Below, piece after piece: positions 1 to 7,885 of a DNA stretch of 33,355 bases. A model generated the notes under the pieces. It saw only the letters and a program-made list of their open reading frames with translations. It ran no database searches and was not told where the DNA came from. Each line of letters starts with the position of its first letter. The stretch's first letter is position 1. Made by a program: the position numbers and the translations under genes. This stretch comes from an uncultured Armatimonadia bacterium (GTDB lineage Bacteria > Armatimonadota > Zipacnadia > UBA1398): NCBI GenBank assembly GCA_964497385.1, contig CAZCER010000001.1:1-33355 (forward strand). The letters are read 5' to 3'.

Positions 1-1809
1 GGTGTCGTTCTGCGCGGCCACGTCCGTCTTCACCCAACACTCAAGAGTGAGGCTGTCGAGCGCGGCCTGCAGCGGATGGCGGTCGACCGTGACGCAGCCA
101 CCGTTGCAGACAAGGGCCTGGCCGCTTCGACCCTCGGTACGGTCGGCGCCGCGCACGCGACCATTGTGGCGCCCGGGCGCGACGTCGTAGGCCACCGGGC
201 TCGCGACGTCCTCATCGAAGTCCCACCAGGCGAGCAGGCCCTCCTCCGCCCCGGCCTCGGGGCGGGTGCGGCGGCCCGACATGAGCCTCGCGGACGCGAT
301 CTCGTCGGCGATGCGAGCGCGGTAGACGGCGTCATAGGGGCCCATGCCGAGGTCCTCGGGGATGAGGTCCACATGCTCGGCGGGCGCGTCGGTGAGGGCG
401 GCCCGAGCCGCGTCGAGATACCCGAAGCCCTCGTCCGTGTATGGGGCGATGTAATGGCCCTCACCCCACTCGTTCCAGTTGTCGAGGATGAGCATGCGGC
501 TGCTGAGCGTGTTCGGCGCGAGGCCCTCGACGAACGCTCGGCCCTGGCGCAGGAGGCGCTCGAAATCAGCGGCGGGGAGTTTCCAGATGCTGCCCTCGTC
601 CTGCCAGCCGGTCCAGCCCTGAGAGAGCGTCACGACCTGCGGAAGGACCCCCAGTTCCTCGGTCTGGTGGATGTACTGCATCTGGGTGTCGATCGCGCGG
701 TCGGGGCCGGGACTGTCGTGCACGTACCAGCAGTAGGCGAAGGTGTAGTCGAGCCCGAGGTCCTTCATGAGCTGGAGGTGCGCGGGGTCGGTCCCGCGGT
801 ACTCGCCCAGGAGGTACAGCCCTTCGAAGCCTTCCTCACGGCACGCCTCGCGCATGCGGTCAAACGCCGCGCGGACGGCCTCGACGCTCCCGAGGTCCTT
901 CACCAGGAACTCCGGCCGGTAGATGAAGAGCACCGGCTTGCCGTCGACCTTGAGGTAGCTCTCGCGCTTGAAGAAAGTCTCGATCCAGTAGGGGAGCAGG
1001 TTCCCGAACAGGTCGGCTTCGTCGTCGACGCCGGACACGTCCGGACGCTGGTTCTCCCACATGATCGTCCAGCGCATGTCGTTCTCGTAGCGCGAGTGGA
1101 AGAGCCCCTTGGTGATGGCGCTCTCGAACATCGTCTCCACCGGGCCGCCCTGTGAGGTGCGGTACCAGCAGTAGATGAAGAAGTCGATCCCATGCTCGCG
1201 GGCCCACTTCGTCTCCCAGTCGGCGACCTCCGGGTTATCGGCGGAGTAGAAGCCGAGGGCGGGCGTGCGCTCCGGGTGCTTGCGGATCTGCGCCCAGAGG
1301 TCGGGCTTCTCGGCCTCCCACAGCGGGCAGTGATGCACGCCCACGAGAAGGGGGCTCTCGGCCGGCTCGGGCGGGGGGATGTAGCCCTCGCGTGGGCCGT
1401 CGTACGGGGGCAGGAAGCGCATCGGGAGCGTTCGCTCGGCGAGCGTTGCTCCGGCGGCTTCGACGGTGAGAGTCACGTCGCCGCGGAGGGGTCGGTCAGC
1501 CTCAATCACCCAGCGCAGCTCGGTGAGTTCGTCCGGCGCGAGCGTCAGGTGCGCCAGCGGGCCGGGTCGCGTGACGCGGAGGCCCTCCGGGCAGTCGAGG
1601 CGCGCCACGACGTCGAGCGCTTCGGCAGTGTCGTTCGCGAGCGCCATGACGACGGACATGGGTCTCCCCACGCGGGTCATGGGGCGCTCACAGATGAACT
1701 CCAGGATGCGAACCGAGGGAGCCATGGCGTCACTCTCCGGGGGCTGGGCCGTCACGGGCGCGGCGAGCAGAGCGGCGAGGAGCGGCATCAAGCGCGTGAA
1801 TGTCTTCAT
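1..1809 (-). CDS. Secreted GH99-like (WbsX-like) domain protein with C-terminal LamG/concanavalin-like domain. The 3' end runs off the window; 603 codons are visible.
   Basis: Absent from the ORF track because no stop lies in the window. Manual reverse-complement translation from ATG (1809..1807) stays open to position 1. It reads MKTFTRLMPLLAALLAAPVTAQP (signal peptide), then GFYSADNPEVADWETKWAREHGIDFFIYCWYR and ILDNWNEWGEGHYIAP (GH99-like/WbsX-like motifs), then LLAWWDFDEDV..GRSGQALVCNGG..LTLECWVK (LamG-like). The + strand ORFs 76..1155 and 1192..1893 are its antisense shadows. Confidence 0.8.
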   Translation of the reverse strand, partial: MKTFTRLMPLLAALLAAPVTAQPPESDAMAPSVRILEFICERPMTRVGRPMSVVMALANDTAEALDVVARLDCPEGLRVTRPGPLAHLTLAPDELTELRWVIEADRPLRGDVTLTVEAAGATLAERTLPMRFLPPYDGPREGYIPPPEPAESPLLVGVHHCPLWEAEKPDLWAQIRKHPERTPALGFYSADNPEVADWETKWAREHGIDFFIYCWYRTSQGGPVETMFESAITKGLFHSRYENDMRWTIMWENQRPDVSGVDDEADLFGNLLPYWIETFFKRESYLKVDGKPVLFIYRPEFLVKDLGSVEAVRAAFDRMREACREEGFEGLYLLGEYRGTDPAHLQLMKDLGLDYTFAYCWYVHDSPGPDRAIDTQMQYIHQTEELGVLPQVVTLSQGWTGWQDEGSIWKLPAADFERLLRQGRAFVEGLAPNTLSSRMLILDNWNEWGEGHYIAPYTDEGFGYLDAARAALTDAPAEHVDLIPEDLGMGPYDAVYRARIADEIASARLMSGRRTRPEAGAEEGLLAWWDFDEDVASPVAYDVAPGRHNGRVRGADRTEGRSGQALVCNGGCVTVDRHPLQAALDSLTLECWVKTDVAAQNDT

Positions 1810-1867
1810 GCGAGGGCTTTCCGCGCGGAGCCGCAGGCTCCTTGTCGGAGCGGAGCCCGGGACGAGA

Positions 1868-1903
1868 AGAGGCTCCCTCCCGCGCGGGCGTGAGGGAGCC
1901 TCT
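1868..1903 (-). terminator. Putative intrinsic terminator after the symporter gene
   Basis: Perfect 12-bp stem agaggctccctc (1868..1879) / gagggagcctct (1892..1903) with a 12-nt loop, about 23 nt past the stop at 1927. The tail on the minus strand (TCTCGTC) is only weakly U-rich. Confidence 0.45.
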
Positions 1904-1926
1904 CTCCCTAACTCGGAATCGCCAGG

Positions 1927-3573
1927 CTATTCCGAGGCGGGCGCCGCGGCGGCGACCGGAGGCCTGACGACGTCTTCGGGGCGGTGGAGCTGATGGAAGG
2001 CCTCGGTGAGGAAGGAGGTCTCCTCCTCGGTCTGACGCGACCAGGTCAGCTTCGAGACGATGAAGATGACGGCGAACGCGACCGGTATCGAGATGATCGC
2101 CGGCTGATCGAAGGTCATGCGATCGCCGAGAGCGAGCTTCGCGATGACGATTCCGGCTGAGATGACCCCGCCGGAGATCATGCCGGCGAAGGCGCCCTTC
2201 TCGGTCATCTTCGGCCACCAGATCCCACAGACGAGCAGCGGGAAGAAGGTGCTCGCCGCCACCGCGAAGGCTTGCCCGACGACCCACGCGATGTTGAGAT
2301 CGCGGAAGCTGAGCCCGATGGCGATCGCGACGGCGCCGCACCCGAGGACCGAGATCTTCGCGGCGGTGATCTTCTGCTTGTCACTCGCCTTGGGGCAGAG
2401 GATCTCTCCGTAGAGGTCGTGCGCGATCGCGGAACTCAGCGCGATCAGGAGGCCCGAGACCGTGGAGAGCAACGCCGCGATCGCGCCGGCGGCGACGAGA
2501 GCCTTGGCCCACTGGCCGGCCTGGGCGCTGGTGAGGAACATGAGGGAGTTCGGCGCCCCCTCGCCCGCCGCGTTGTAGAGCACCGCGTCGGGCCCGAGCA
2601 CCATGCGCGCCCACACGCCCCAGATCGGAGTCGTGATGTAGAACACCCCGATGAAGACAAGCACCCATACCGTGGACCAGCGCGCTTTCGCGGCGTCGGG
2701 GTTCGTGTAGAAGCGCGCGAGAATGTGGGGCAGTCCGGCTGTGCCGCAGACGAGGGCGAGGATGAGCGAAAGGCTGAGGAAGAGGTTGTACTTCTTGAAC
2801 GGCCGGATCCACTCGCTTGTGGTGGGGAACTTCGCGCGTTCCTTCTCGCTGAAAGCCGGCGCGCCTGTCGCCGTGCCTTGGCCGGGGCCCCCGCCCTCAT
2901 CGCCGACAGCGCTGGTGACGACGCCTTGGTCGTTCTGCGCGATCGTCAGCAGTTCGGCGTACCCGTGGCGAGGCAGGAGAACCAGGAGGGGGGCGATCAT
3001 CGCGACGATCATGATCCAGAACTGGATCATCTGCGTGATGGTGACGCCCGTCATCCCTCCAAAAGCGACATAGAGCGTGATGATCCCGCCGAGCAAGACC
3101 GTGCCGAGAACCCAAGGAAGTCCCGTGATGGATTCCATGAGCGTACCGACGCCGACCATCTGACCAAGAATGTAGACGCCTGAGATCACCGCGGTGGACA
3201 GGACGCCGGCGTAACGGAGCCGCTGCGAGCGGAAACGGCCCTCGCAGAAGTCCGGGATGGTGTACTTGCCGAAGCGGCGCAGAGGGCTCGCGATGAAGAG
3301 CAGGAGCAGAATGTAGCCCGCCGCGAAGCCCGTGGCGTACCAAACGCCGTCGAAGCCGCTCGCCCAGACCACGGCGGCGACGCCCAGGAAGGACGCGGCG
3401 CTGAGGTAGTTGCTCGAGATGGCGCTTGCGTTGGTGAAGACGCCGACGCTGCGTCCCGCGACCCAGTAGTCGCTGAGCGTCTTCGCCTTCCTCACCGAGT
3501 AGAGCCCCAGGAACATGGAGAGCGCGAGCACCGCTATCGCGGCCGCGAGCGGCAGGACCTCGATGCTACCCAT
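1927..3573 (-). CDS. actP: Sodium:solute symporter family protein, cation/acetate symporter ActP-like (548 aa)
   Basis: Polytopic membrane protein. N-terminus reads ..LGLYSVRKAKTLSDYWVAGRSVGVFTNASAISSNYLSAASFLGVAA.., typical of SSF/ActP. Its size matches ActP (~549 aa). A DUF485 gene lies immediately upstream and overlaps it by 8 nt, as in yjcH-actP. Confidence 0.88.
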   Translation of the reverse strand: MGSIEVLPLAAAIAVLALSMFLGLYSVRKAKTLSDYWVAGRSVGVFTNASAISSNYLSAASFLGVAAVVWASGFDGVWYATGFAAGYILLLLFIASPLRRFGKYTIPDFCEGRFRSQRLRYAGVLSTAVISGVYILGQMVGVGTLMESITGLPWVLGTVLLGGIITLYVAFGGMTGVTITQMIQFWIMIVAMIAPLLVLLPRHGYAELLTIAQNDQGVVTSAVGDEGGGPGQGTATGAPAFSEKERAKFPTTSEWIRPFKKYNLFLSLSLILALVCGTAGLPHILARFYTNPDAAKARWSTVWVLVFIGVFYITTPIWGVWARMVLGPDAVLYNAAGEGAPNSLMFLTSAQAGQWAKALVAAGAIAALLSTVSGLLIALSSAIAHDLYGEILCPKASDKQKITAAKISVLGCGAVAIAIGLSFRDLNIAWVVGQAFAVAASTFFPLLVCGIWWPKMTEKGAFAGMISGGVISAGIVIAKLALGDRMTFDQPAIISIPVAFAVIFIVSKLTWSRQTEEETSFLTEAFHQLHRPEDVVRPPVAAAAPASE

Positions 3574-3814
3574 TCACGACCTCCCGCTCCCAACGATTGG
3601 ACAGCGCCGTATAGACGATGGCGATGACCCAGAACTCCAGATGGAAGATGACGCCCACCAGCAGCCACACAAAGGGGATGCCCAGCACGGACGTGAGCAT
3701 GGCGTCGGGCGCCGCCTGATTGAGGATCGGGACGATGAACATGCTCGCGAGGAACAGAAACGCCAGGACGAGACTCAGCCTGAGTTGCTTGGCCTGCATC
3801 TGCGTGTAGGTCAA
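3566..3814 (-). CDS. DUF485 (YjcH-like) small two-TM inner-membrane protein (82 aa)
   Basis: TTG start preceded by AAGGAGG 6 nt upstream on the minus strand. Two hydrophobic helices (LSLVLAFLFLASMFIVPIL and GIPFVWLLVGVIFHLEFWVIAIVY). Overlaps the symporter start (3566..3573). Confidence 0.85.
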   Translation of the reverse strand: MTYTQMQAKQLRLSLVLAFLFLASMFIVPILNQAAPDAMLTSVLGIPFVWLLVGVIFHLEFWVIAIVYTALSNRWEREVVNG

Positions 3815-3959
3815 GTCGGCCTCCTTGAGATGGTCTCGGCGCCTTCTCCGCCCGCAACTGCGGCCGAGAGACGGCTCCGGGGTGGCCCGCGCACAGCGGG
3901 CCCAATTCCGTTAATCGCGTCACAATCCTGCTCCGCGTCTCCCCGGTGAACGATCTCCG

Positions 3960-3988
3960 TTGACGTAAATCATTAGTCTCCATATAAT
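3960..3988 (+). promoter_or_regulatory. Near-consensus sigma70 promoter for the MarR-efflux operon
   Basis: TTGACG (3960..3965), a 17-nt spacer, then TATAAT (3983..3988). It lies 45 nt upstream of the MarR ATG, inside the only strongly AT-rich island of this intergenic region. Confidence 0.6.
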
Positions 3989-4022
3989 CAGCCACCATAT
4001 GATATGGCGACAGATAATATGG
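3980..4022. promoter_or_regulatory. Nested CCATAT/ATATGG inverted repeats; candidate MarR operator
   Basis: The outer pair is CCATAT 3980..3985 and ATATGG 4017..4022. The inner pair is CCATAT 3995..4000, one G, then ATATGG 4002..4007. The outer left arm overlaps the -10 box, the inner palindrome sits at the predicted +1, and the right arm abuts the GGAG Shine-Dalgarno (4021..4024). Confidence 0.45.
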
Positions 4023-4032
4023 AGCCTAATCA

Positions 4033-4545
4033 ATGTTCACCGTGCTTCCTGAAGATGGGACCATCGCCGACCTCGCGACGACCGTGGCCGAGCGGTTCAC
4101 GGATCGAGACGGCGAGAGCGTGATGTTCTTCCTGAGCGTCGCTCGGGCGACCGACGAACTCCGCAACGTGATCGAGGCGTGGTTCCGGGCGCACGGCGTA
4201 AGCCAGGGCAGGTTCGCGGTCCTGATGAGTCTCAGCCTGCGCCCCGACGAGGGCTTCACCCCAAGCGAGATCGCCGAGCGGGTCTCCAGCACGCGCGCCA
4301 CGATCACCGGACTCGCGACGGGCCTGGAGCGCGACGGGTACGTCACCCGCGAGGCGGCGCCCGGCGACCGCCGGAAGGTGATCCTCAAACTGACGGACGC
4401 GGGAAGAGATCTGCTCGAGGCACTGGTTCCCGCGCATCTGAGGCGACTGGCGCATCTCCTGGCGAACGTCACGCCCGAAGAGCGCGCGACAACGATGTCC
4501 GTTGTGCAACGCATGCGAGCGGCCGCGCCGTCGCTGCCCGACTAA
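4033..4545 (+). CDS. MarR family transcriptional regulator (170 aa)
   Basis: Winged-helix core reads GRFAVLMSLS..FTPSEIAERVSSTRATITGLATGLERDGYVTREAAPGDRRKVILKLTDAGRDLLE. GGAG lies 8 nt upstream of the ATG. Confidence 0.9.
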   Translation: MFTVLPEDGTIADLATTVAERFTDRDGESVMFFLSVARATDELRNVIEAWFRAHGVSQGRFAVLMSLSLRPDEGFTPSEIAERVSSTRATITGLATGLERDGYVTREAAPGDRRKVILKLTDAGRDLLEALVPAHLRRLAHLLANVTPEERATTMSVVQRMRAAAPSLPD

Positions 4546-4561
4546 GGAGGGAAGAGCCGCA

Positions 4562-5908
4562 ATGCACGTTCCTCTGATCGCGCTCCTCACGCTCTGCGCG
4601 CAAGGGGCGGCTACGGCCGAGGAAACCGCGCCCCCCGCAAGCTGGTCGCTCGCCGACTGCCTTCGCTACGCGGTGGAGCACTCCCCGCGCCTGGAGGCGG
4701 AGCGCTTCCGCCTGCTCTCGGCGCACGAAAGCGTGCGCGAGGCGGAAGCGGGCGACGACCTCCGCACCGGCCTGTCGGCGGGGCTCGACCACCAGTATCC
4801 GGAGATCGCGATCACGATCGGAGAAGGAGAGCGCATCGTCATCGCCCCGGCGACGCAGGCCACGCTCGCGGTGCAGGCGGCCCTCCCCATCGACATCTCG
4901 CATCTCTGGCGCTACACCCGCCAGGCGGCGAACCACTCGGAGAGCGCGCAGCGCGAACGCTACCGGCAAGCGCTTGAGCAGCTCCTTCTGGAAGTCACCA
5001 CGGCCTACTACCAGACGCTTGCGGCGAAGTCGGCCGTGCGAGCGGCGGCGGCGGGCGTGGGCGCCTCCGAAGGCGAGGTCCGCCGGGTGGAGGCCCGCGC
5101 GCGCGCCGGTTCCGCACTCGATGTGCAGGTGGCGATCGCCGAGTCGGATCTGGCCTCTGCCAGAGAGAGTCAGGCTCGGGCGGAAGGGCTCGCAACCGAC
5201 GCCGGAGCGCGGCTCGCGACCTTGCTCGGACTTCCCGCCGACGAGCCTCCGGCGCTCGTGGACGCGCCTCTCGAACTTGAGACGGCTCTCACATGGGACG
5301 AGGCGCGCGAAGTCGCGCTGAAGGAGCGACCGGAACTCTCGGCGCTCGAACAGGCCGCGCTCGCGCTCGGAGCGTCCGCGAGCGCGATCCGAGCCCAGAC
5401 CAAACCGAGCCTCGCGCTCACGGCGGGTGGAGTCCTCCAGAACCCGCCGAGCGGCCTTGGGAGCCCGTCGACGGTGACGGCCGGACTCTCCTTCTCCTGG
5501 CCCATCGGAGGTAATGGCTCCGCACGCGCCTCCGCGCGCCGCGCGGAGCGTGACCGCGACGCTCTGCTGCAAGACCTCGCGGACACGCGCCTCCTGATCG
5601 AGAACCAGGTTCAGGCCGTTCTGACCCGCCTGGGGACTCTCGTGGAGACGCTCGCGGCCGACGAGGCCGCTCGGGCCGAGGCGGAGCGCGTGCTGCACGC
5701 GACGCGCGCTCGCCGCGAAGCCGGCCTGGCGAACGCGCAGGACGTTGCCGCCGCGGAGGCGCTCTTGGTCGCGGCCGAGGCGCGGATCCACCGCAACCGG
5801 TGCGACCTCTCGATCGCTCGCGCGGAGTGGGCGCGCTGTCTCGGTGTTCTGAGCAGGATCACCATTCCCGAACTCGCCGGAAGCGCGGCTGAGGAGGAAC
5901 GGCCATGA
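4562..5908 (+). CDS. TolC-family outer membrane efflux protein (448 aa from ATG 4562)
   Basis: AAGGAGG (4544..4550) precedes ATG 4562. Signal peptide MHVPLIALLTLCAQGAATAEE. The OEP-type start reads WSLADCLRYAVEHSPRLEAERFRL, and the protein has a two-fold repeated helical/beta organisation. The track start at 4502 would overlap MarR. Confidence 0.9.
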   Translation: MHVPLIALLTLCAQGAATAEETAPPASWSLADCLRYAVEHSPRLEAERFRLLSAHESVREAEAGDDLRTGLSAGLDHQYPEIAITIGEGERIVIAPATQATLAVQAALPIDISHLWRYTRQAANHSESAQRERYRQALEQLLLEVTTAYYQTLAAKSAVRAAAAGVGASEGEVRRVEARARAGSALDVQVAIAESDLASARESQARAEGLATDAGARLATLLGLPADEPPALVDAPLELETALTWDEAREVALKERPELSALEQAALALGASASAIRAQTKPSLALTAGGVLQNPPSGLGSPSTVTAGLSFSWPIGGNGSARASARRAERDRDALLQDLADTRLLIENQVQAVLTRLGTLVETLAADEAARAEAERVLHATRARREAGLANAQDVAAAEALLVAAEARIHRNRCDLSIARAEWARCLGVLSRITIPELAGSAAEEERP

Positions 5909-7767
5909 AGAGCAAGCTGAACCGCATCATCCCCGCAGTCATCGCGCTCGTTGTCGTGGGCGGGGCGATCGCGTTCTTCGCGACGCGTGGGAACGCCACG
6001 GCGGACGAGTCGCGCGTGAAGGGCAGCGGGACCGTCGAAGCGACCGAGATCGGCGTCGCGGCCCAATCGACGGGGCAGATCGTGACGCTTCTCGTGGACG
6101 AGGGCGGCGAGGTCCAGGAGGGCGACGTGATCGCGGAACTCGACCACTCCATCCTGGATGCGGACCTCCGTCGGGCCGAGGGCGCCGCGTACGCGGCGCG
6201 CATGCAGCTTGCCGAACTCGCGCGGGGAGCGCGCTCCGAGGAAGTGCGGGCTCGGGCGGCCGTGCTTCAGGAGGCGCTCGCGGGGCTCGAGGGCGCGCGG
6301 TCGGCAAGCCAGATCGCTCAGGAGGCGTACGAGCGGCCTCACGAGTACCAGGCGGCGCTGGACCAGGCGCGCACGCAGGCGGCCGTGGCCGAGGCCCAGG
6401 TTGCTCTCACCACCGCGCAGCAGTCGGAAGCGCTGGCGGGCGCCCGCAGCCAGGAGATCACGGCGGCGGAGGCCGCGCTCGCGCAGACGGCGGCCGCGCT
6501 GGCGGGGGCGGAGGCGGAACTCGCGCAGGCGGAGCGCGCCTACGCGGCTCGGGAAGCGGCCACGACGGAGATCGCCGGGGCTCGGACGCAGCTGGCGGTG
6601 AGTCGTGCGTCGGAGCGGGCGGCGGCGGCTCGGCAGGACCTGGTGAACGCGCCTCCTCGGCCGGAGCAGCGCGAGCAGCTCTCCCAGAAGGTGATCGCCT
6701 CCCGCGCGCAACTGAATCTCGCCGCCGATAGCTTGGCGCGGGTCGAACGCCTGCACGCGGAGGACGCGGCCACCGAGCAGGAACTGGACGCGGCGCGGAC
6801 CGAGCACGATGCGGCGCTGGCAAGCTTCCGCGCGGCCGAGGCGGCGCTGGGCGACCTTGACGCCGGAGCCCGGGAGATGGAGCGCGACGAGGCGGCCTCC
6901 GCGGTCCAGCAGGCGCGTGCGGTCGTGGAGGGCGCGGAGACCGCCGTGGGCAACGCCGAGCATGAGCGGGAGGCGTCGCTCGCGAGCGCCCGCCAGCAGC
7001 TGGAGCGGGCCCGGGCCGCGGTGCAGAGCACCCGACACGCGCGCGACCAGGCGGCCGCCCAGGTGGACCTCATCAAGGCGGGGACGCGCGACGAGCGGCT
7101 TGCCCAAGCTCAGGCCGGGGTCGAGAGCGCCGGGAGCGCGCTCTCGGGAGCCGAACTCGCCGTGGCGAACGCGAGCGGAGCGCACGCGGATCGGTTCCCG
7201 CTGAGGCAACAGCTCGAGGCCGCGAAGCAACAGCGAAACATGGCGGAGGCGAAAGTGCAGGCGGCGCGGGCCCAGCTCGATCTGGCGTTGGCCGGCAACA
7301 CCGACGAGACGATCGAGATGGCTCGCGGGAAGACGATGGAGGCGGAAGCCGCGGCCGAGGCCGCGGCGGAGCGCGTCGAGGACGCTTACATTCGCGCGCC
7401 TCGCGCGGGTACGGTGACCGACGTCGTGCTCCGTGAGGGCGAGATGGTGTCGCCCGGTTCGATCGTTGTGCGGATGATGGACCTCTCGAACCTGACGGTC
7501 CGCATCTACTTGCCGACAAGGCATTTCGGCCGCGTGGTGCTGGGCGCGGACTGCACCGCCTACGCGGACGCCTACCCCGAGAAGGGCTACCCGGCGCGCA
7601 TCACGGCGGTGAGCGACGAGTCGGAGTTCACGCCGAAGAACACGCAGACCGTTGAGGAGCGCGTGAAGCAAGTTTTCTGGGTGAAGGTTGACGTCGGCGA
7701 CGGGCTTGGGGAACTCAAGCCGGGAATGCCCGCGGACGTCGTGATCGAGACGGGAGACGCGGCGTGA
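5905..7767 (+). CDS. HlyD/YbhG-family periplasmic adaptor (membrane fusion protein) with a greatly extended coiled coil (620 aa)
   Basis: ATGA start/stop overlap with the OMF gene. N-terminal TM anchor IIPAVIALVVVGGAIAFFA. Lipoyl/barrel halves read GTVEATEIGVAAQSTGQIVTLLVDEGGEVQEGDVIAELD and IRAPRAGTVTDVVLREGEMVSPGSIVVRM. A C-terminal motif reads FTPKNTQTVEERVKQVFWVKV. About 400 Ala/Glu/Arg/Gln-rich helical residues lie between the two halves. Confidence 0.9.
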   Translation: MKSKLNRIIPAVIALVVVGGAIAFFATRGNATADESRVKGSGTVEATEIGVAAQSTGQIVTLLVDEGGEVQEGDVIAELDHSILDADLRRAEGAAYAARMQLAELARGARSEEVRARAAVLQEALAGLEGARSASQIAQEAYERPHEYQAALDQARTQAAVAEAQVALTTAQQSEALAGARSQEITAAEAALAQTAAALAGAEAELAQAERAYAAREAATTEIAGARTQLAVSRASERAAAARQDLVNAPPRPEQREQLSQKVIASRAQLNLAADSLARVERLHAEDAATEQELDAARTEHDAALASFRAAEAALGDLDAGAREMERDEAASAVQQARAVVEGAETAVGNAEHEREASLASARQQLERARAAVQSTRHARDQAAAQVDLIKAGTRDERLAQAQAGVESAGSALSGAELAVANASGAHADRFPLRQQLEAAKQQRNMAEAKVQAARAQLDLALAGNTDETIEMARGKTMEAEAAAEAAAERVEDAYIRAPRAGTVTDVVLREGEMVSPGSIVVRMMDLSNLTVRIYLPTRHFGRVVLGADCTAYADAYPEKGYPARITAVSDESEFTPKNTQTVEERVKQVFWVKVDVGDGLGELKPGMPADVVIETGDAA

Positions 7768-7791
7768 GCCCGTCCGAAGGATCGCCCAGAG

Positions 7792-7816
7792 GGCCGGAGC
7801 GGATAAGGCTCCGGCC
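7792..7816 (+). promoter_or_regulatory. Intercistronic stem-loop between the adaptor and ATPase genes
   Basis: Perfect 9-bp stem ggccggagc (7792..7800) / gctccggcc (7808..7816) with a 7-nt loop, inside the only sizeable gap (118 nt) of the operon. No U-tract follows. Confidence 0.35.
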
Positions 7817-7885
7817 GACGACGAAAAGCGCGGCGGCGCTGCACGACGCCATCGGAGACGGGTTCCGGACGGGGCGCGTGATCCG

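Noticed and set aside
5611-7671. 686-aa minus-strand ORF opposite the adaptor gene. Similar long ORFs occur at 76..1155, 1192..1893, 4469..5791, 7715..8758, 10344..12035, 15175..16539, 16831..18150, 18393..19358, 21003..22484, 23883..25547, 25684..26730 and 29437..31194.
   Set aside because: These are high-GC antisense artefacts. Each lies opposite a gene with clear family motifs, an SD-linked start and sensible composition. Their translations are Arg/Gly/Pro/His-rich and motif-free.
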